Assembly: GCF_001194135.2 (NCBI RefSeq)
Contig: NC_068982.1
Span: 184,229,617 to 184,293,616, forward strand
Source of the DNA: Octopus bimaculoides
Lineage: Eukaryota
Direction of reading: 5' to 3'
Length of the DNA: 64,000 nt
Part shown: in pieces, positions 60,784-64,000 of the stretch
Numbering within the stretch: the stretch's first letter is position 1
Layout of the letters: each line of letters begins with the position of its first letter
Position numbers and translations under genes: made by a program
The notes under the pieces: generated by a model
What the model was told of the DNA's origin: nothing
What the model saw: only the letters and a program-made list of their open reading frames with translations
Databases searched by the model: none

Positions 60784-62745
60784 CAAGCTGAAGTGCATGC
60801 ATGGTGCAGACTGAATAATGAACGGGAAAACATTCAACCTATTGATAGAGACACCTTGAACATGATGTTGTTATAGGCTACTTAGAACCTGAAGTTGTAA
60901 ATGTTCGAACTAAAAGTGAAGTAACAGGAAGAATGAACCCGATGATGCAATGGCTGACGCATTCGCCGAAACCAAAAGAGAGAAAATATTTGTGGCAAAA
61001 AAACGATGTCCTGAGACAGCTAGGCATCTCTAAACATTTAGAAATGAATGAGAGAGATCAACAACCAAAGTTTCAGAAGACCAAATCAAATCACTGAACG
61101 ATCAGAATATGTGACTATGCCCTGAAACAGCTTCTTAACCTCATTAGACCATCTTATATACACATCAGCTATTGTTGCCACAAAGAAAATAGGGTCATTA
61201 TAAAGAAAAAGGCTCCCCCAAAAAATCACACGAACATCCAAGGTGGAAAGAGCGCTTAAATAAGGAACTCGAGAGCTTTTGACGGGAATTATTGATCTTG
61301 GTTGAATTCTCCAAAAGAAACAATATAAAAACGAGAAGGGCTAGAAAGATAAAGCGGAAATACAATCTGATAAACATAAATGAAGTTCTGAGAACAAAAA
61401 AGATGGTTAAGCAAAAAAATGCAGGTTAAGGTCCCACGCTTACGCAGGAATGAAAAGAGAATCAAACTTTACAAACAAAATAAGATATTTAAAACTGATG
61501 CTAAGAAATTCTACAGAGTTAGGGAAACAGTCGATCTTTCCCTCATTCCCTTGTCCCGCGAGCTGAGTAGAGTAAATTACGGTCATAAAATGGCAGATTA
61601 TCTCATTCTTGCTCTATATGGATGATTTGAAATTATATGCAAAAGATGACAAGGATCTGAAAGGGCTACTGGTAACTGTGAAAAAATTCAGTGGTGACAT
61701 CAATATGGAATTTGGCCTTGACAAGTGTGCAAAAGCTTCGTTAAAACGTGGTAAACTGGCAGTTAATACCATGACCCAACTTGATCATGATACATCTATC
61801 GAGGACCTGGACCAAGAAGGTTTTTTTATAAGTATCTTGGGGTACACGAAGGGAAAGAATTCAATACGGATCAATGAAAGAGATCAGGAAATAGTATTAT
61901 AGCCGTGTCAGAATGGTCCTGAATACTGAGCTGAACTCACAGAATAGAATTGCAGCTATAAACTTCCTGGCGGTACTAGTTGTCTAGTATAGCCTTAATG
62001 TCATCAATTGAAATCTGAGTGAACTCCAGCGTATGGAAATAAAGACCAGGAAACTGTTGACACTAAACAGGAGACATCACCCAAAATCAGACGTCCACAG
62101 GCTCTACCCACCATGAAAGGAAGGCGGTAGAGGCCTCATCCAACTTGAAACATCCTATAAAATGACCACAATAGGACTCCAAGTGTACATCGAAAGTAAC
62201 ACCGACTGAATGATACAGCTGGTAAGGCAACACGAACTGAGTAAGAAACTGCACTCAATCTTAAAGGAAGCATATAAATACAGACGAGAGGTTAACCTCA
62301 TTGATTATGATGATGATAAAGAGGACATACCATCCACTAAAGCAGCAAAAAGTGTAAAGCAAAAGCCAAACAGTAAAACTTGAAGGTAATATTGAGACTG
62401 CGGCAAGAAAAAAACATTTAATGGGCAATACCCCAAACGAGATGGGGAAACTGATGTATCTATGAGAAGAACCCATCGGTGGCAGCGGAGTGGTGGTTTG
62501 AAAGCCGAAACAGAAGGATTTATTCTAGCGGCACAAGATCAGAGTCTCCAGACTCGAAACTATCAAGCTAATACCACACACAATGAGGTAGACACAGAAT
62601 ATAGACTCTGCAATGACAAACTTGAGAGTATTGGCCACATTGTTGCCGGTTGCTCAGTCCTTGCCCCTACGGAATATAAAACCAAGCATGATCGAGAGTT
62701 GGCCAATATTTACCCTGGAGCGTGTGCCGTCACAATGGTGATTGA
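60784..62745 (+). mobile_element. R4/Dong-clade non-LTR retrotransposon remnant
   Basis: RLRRNEKR..QNKIFKTDAKKFYR, LYMDDLKLYAK (YMDD 61615-61626), FGLDKCAK, YKYLG, GGRGL, GLKAETEGFILAAQDQSL.TRNY, YRLC..HIVAGC..EYKTKHD. The 3' endonuclease region is missing. Confidence 0.88.
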
Positions 62746-62780
62746 AGGTCTGTTGGTTGTCATGTGTATGTGCGTGCATG

Positions 62781-62844
<64 letters not shown>

Positions 62845-63363
62845 TGCGTGCGTGAGTGTTGCAACCGCTCCGTCCCACCTGTGTGAATTGTATCCTCACA
62901 TGTGTACCTTATTGAAGATTCAGCAAACACTCAGTGTCCAGAACACAAATATTTCCTATCCTATATAATGGCAGAGAAGAAAACTAATCTGCAGGAAAGA
63001 GATCGCTTTGGTGTATGTGAGAGATATTAATGCGTGCACTAACATACTTAAAGTCGTAAACCAAGAAAAATTAATTAAAATTACACCTTTGTTGAGTGCA
63101 ATTTTAATTAATGACAAAAATCATTATCCTCGTGATTAATAAGGGGACGAAAAATCATTATTTTAGTGATTAATTCTCGTCAATCGACAAATGCAGAAAA
63201 GACAACACCGAAATTTGAATTAATTAAAATATATTAAAAATAAAGTATAACGAAGAATGAGTGTTCTGTTTGGTAGTAAGATGAGAACTGTGAACATTAG
63301 AGATGTGATGTCATTTATATTGGGATTGGTGAGGTCTAGCGTTAATGGAAGGCAGTGTAAAAA

Positions 63364-63683
63364 GGGTAAAGACTCTCTTCGGCCATGAATGGGTAGAAAG
63401 TTACCCTCCGAGGCACAAGTACGGGCAAGGTTGTTTTTATGGGAGGCCAGCAGTCACCCATGCAAACTAGCCTCCCTTCTCCATGTCACTGATGTTATCG
63501 AAGGGAAAGGCAAAGGCCGATACGGCTTGGCACCAGTGACGTCGCAACTCATTTCTACAGATGAATGAACTGAAACAACGTGAAATAAAGTGTCTTGCTC
63601 GAGAACACAACACACAGCCAAGTTTGTGTGTCGAACTCACTACCTCATGATTATGAGATCCACGCTCTAACCACTGAGCCGTA
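63364..63683 (-). mobile_element. CORE-type SINE family F (E-like head/CORE, different tail)
   Basis: Minus strand: ggctcagtggttagagcgtgg...ttgtgttctcgagcaagacactttatttcacgttg...gaaatgagttgcgacgtcactggtgccaag... Confidence 0.85.
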
Positions 63684-63929
63684 TGTCGTTATTTAATATC
63701 CTAGCCTGGATCTGATTGAGTAATGCATTATGTCGAAGCAGCAATCTATTCTTTTTCCTTTTAAGCGTTGGACATCTAAGATTACAGTACCCAATGTGTC
63801 ATTCATAATCCTTAAGACTAAAGATGTGTCGCAAAGTCATGATATCCTCAGATCAGAAAAGTGGAACTCTTCTGTTAAAGATGTCGCTCCACGGAACTAT
63901 CAAAATCTGTGCTCAGTTGTCCCTGTTCC

Positions 63930-64000
<71 letters not shown>
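63930..64000. repeat. (ATCT)n microsatellite
   Basis: Direct inspection. Confidence 0.95.

Noticed and set aside
1515-64000. Most long ORFs in the supplied track (poly-[13 protein letters not shown], poly-L/V/T/P)
   Set aside because: They are read-throughs of N-gaps or of di-, tri- and tetranucleotide microsatellites, with no coding signal.

Overview
Eukaryotic, AT-rich, draft-assembly window with many N-gaps, saturated with microsatellites and decayed transposable elements. The SINE and MITE families and the repeat landscape look like a coleoid cephalopod genome, most likely Octopus (inference, not database-checked). No intact protein-coding gene, rRNA, true tRNA gene or CRISPR array is supported; nearly all ORF-track entries are microsatellite or N-gap artefacts. 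Recognisable content: (i) a decayed Ty3/Gypsy element (gag-CCHC, protease, RT, RNase H, truncated integrase; ~56850-60760) whose downstream LTR is followed again by PBS and leader; (ii) an R4/Dong-type non-LTR remnant starting at an (AAT)9 run (~60784-62745); (iii) several Penelope-like (PLE) remnants of two clades, including a GIY-YIG region and a decayed hammerhead-like motif; (iv) Tc1/mariner remnants and MITEs, plus hAT-, Merlin-, Kolobok- and foldback-like non-autonomous elements and a Helitron/PIF1 helicase fragment; (v) at least five tRNA-headed SINE families that share and swap modules; (vi) an exact ETS-CRE composite motif with CCAAT/TATA-like neighbours and two weak candidate exons. 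I found no convincing wholly new biological system. The best leads are TE-architecture oddities and one candidate promoter.
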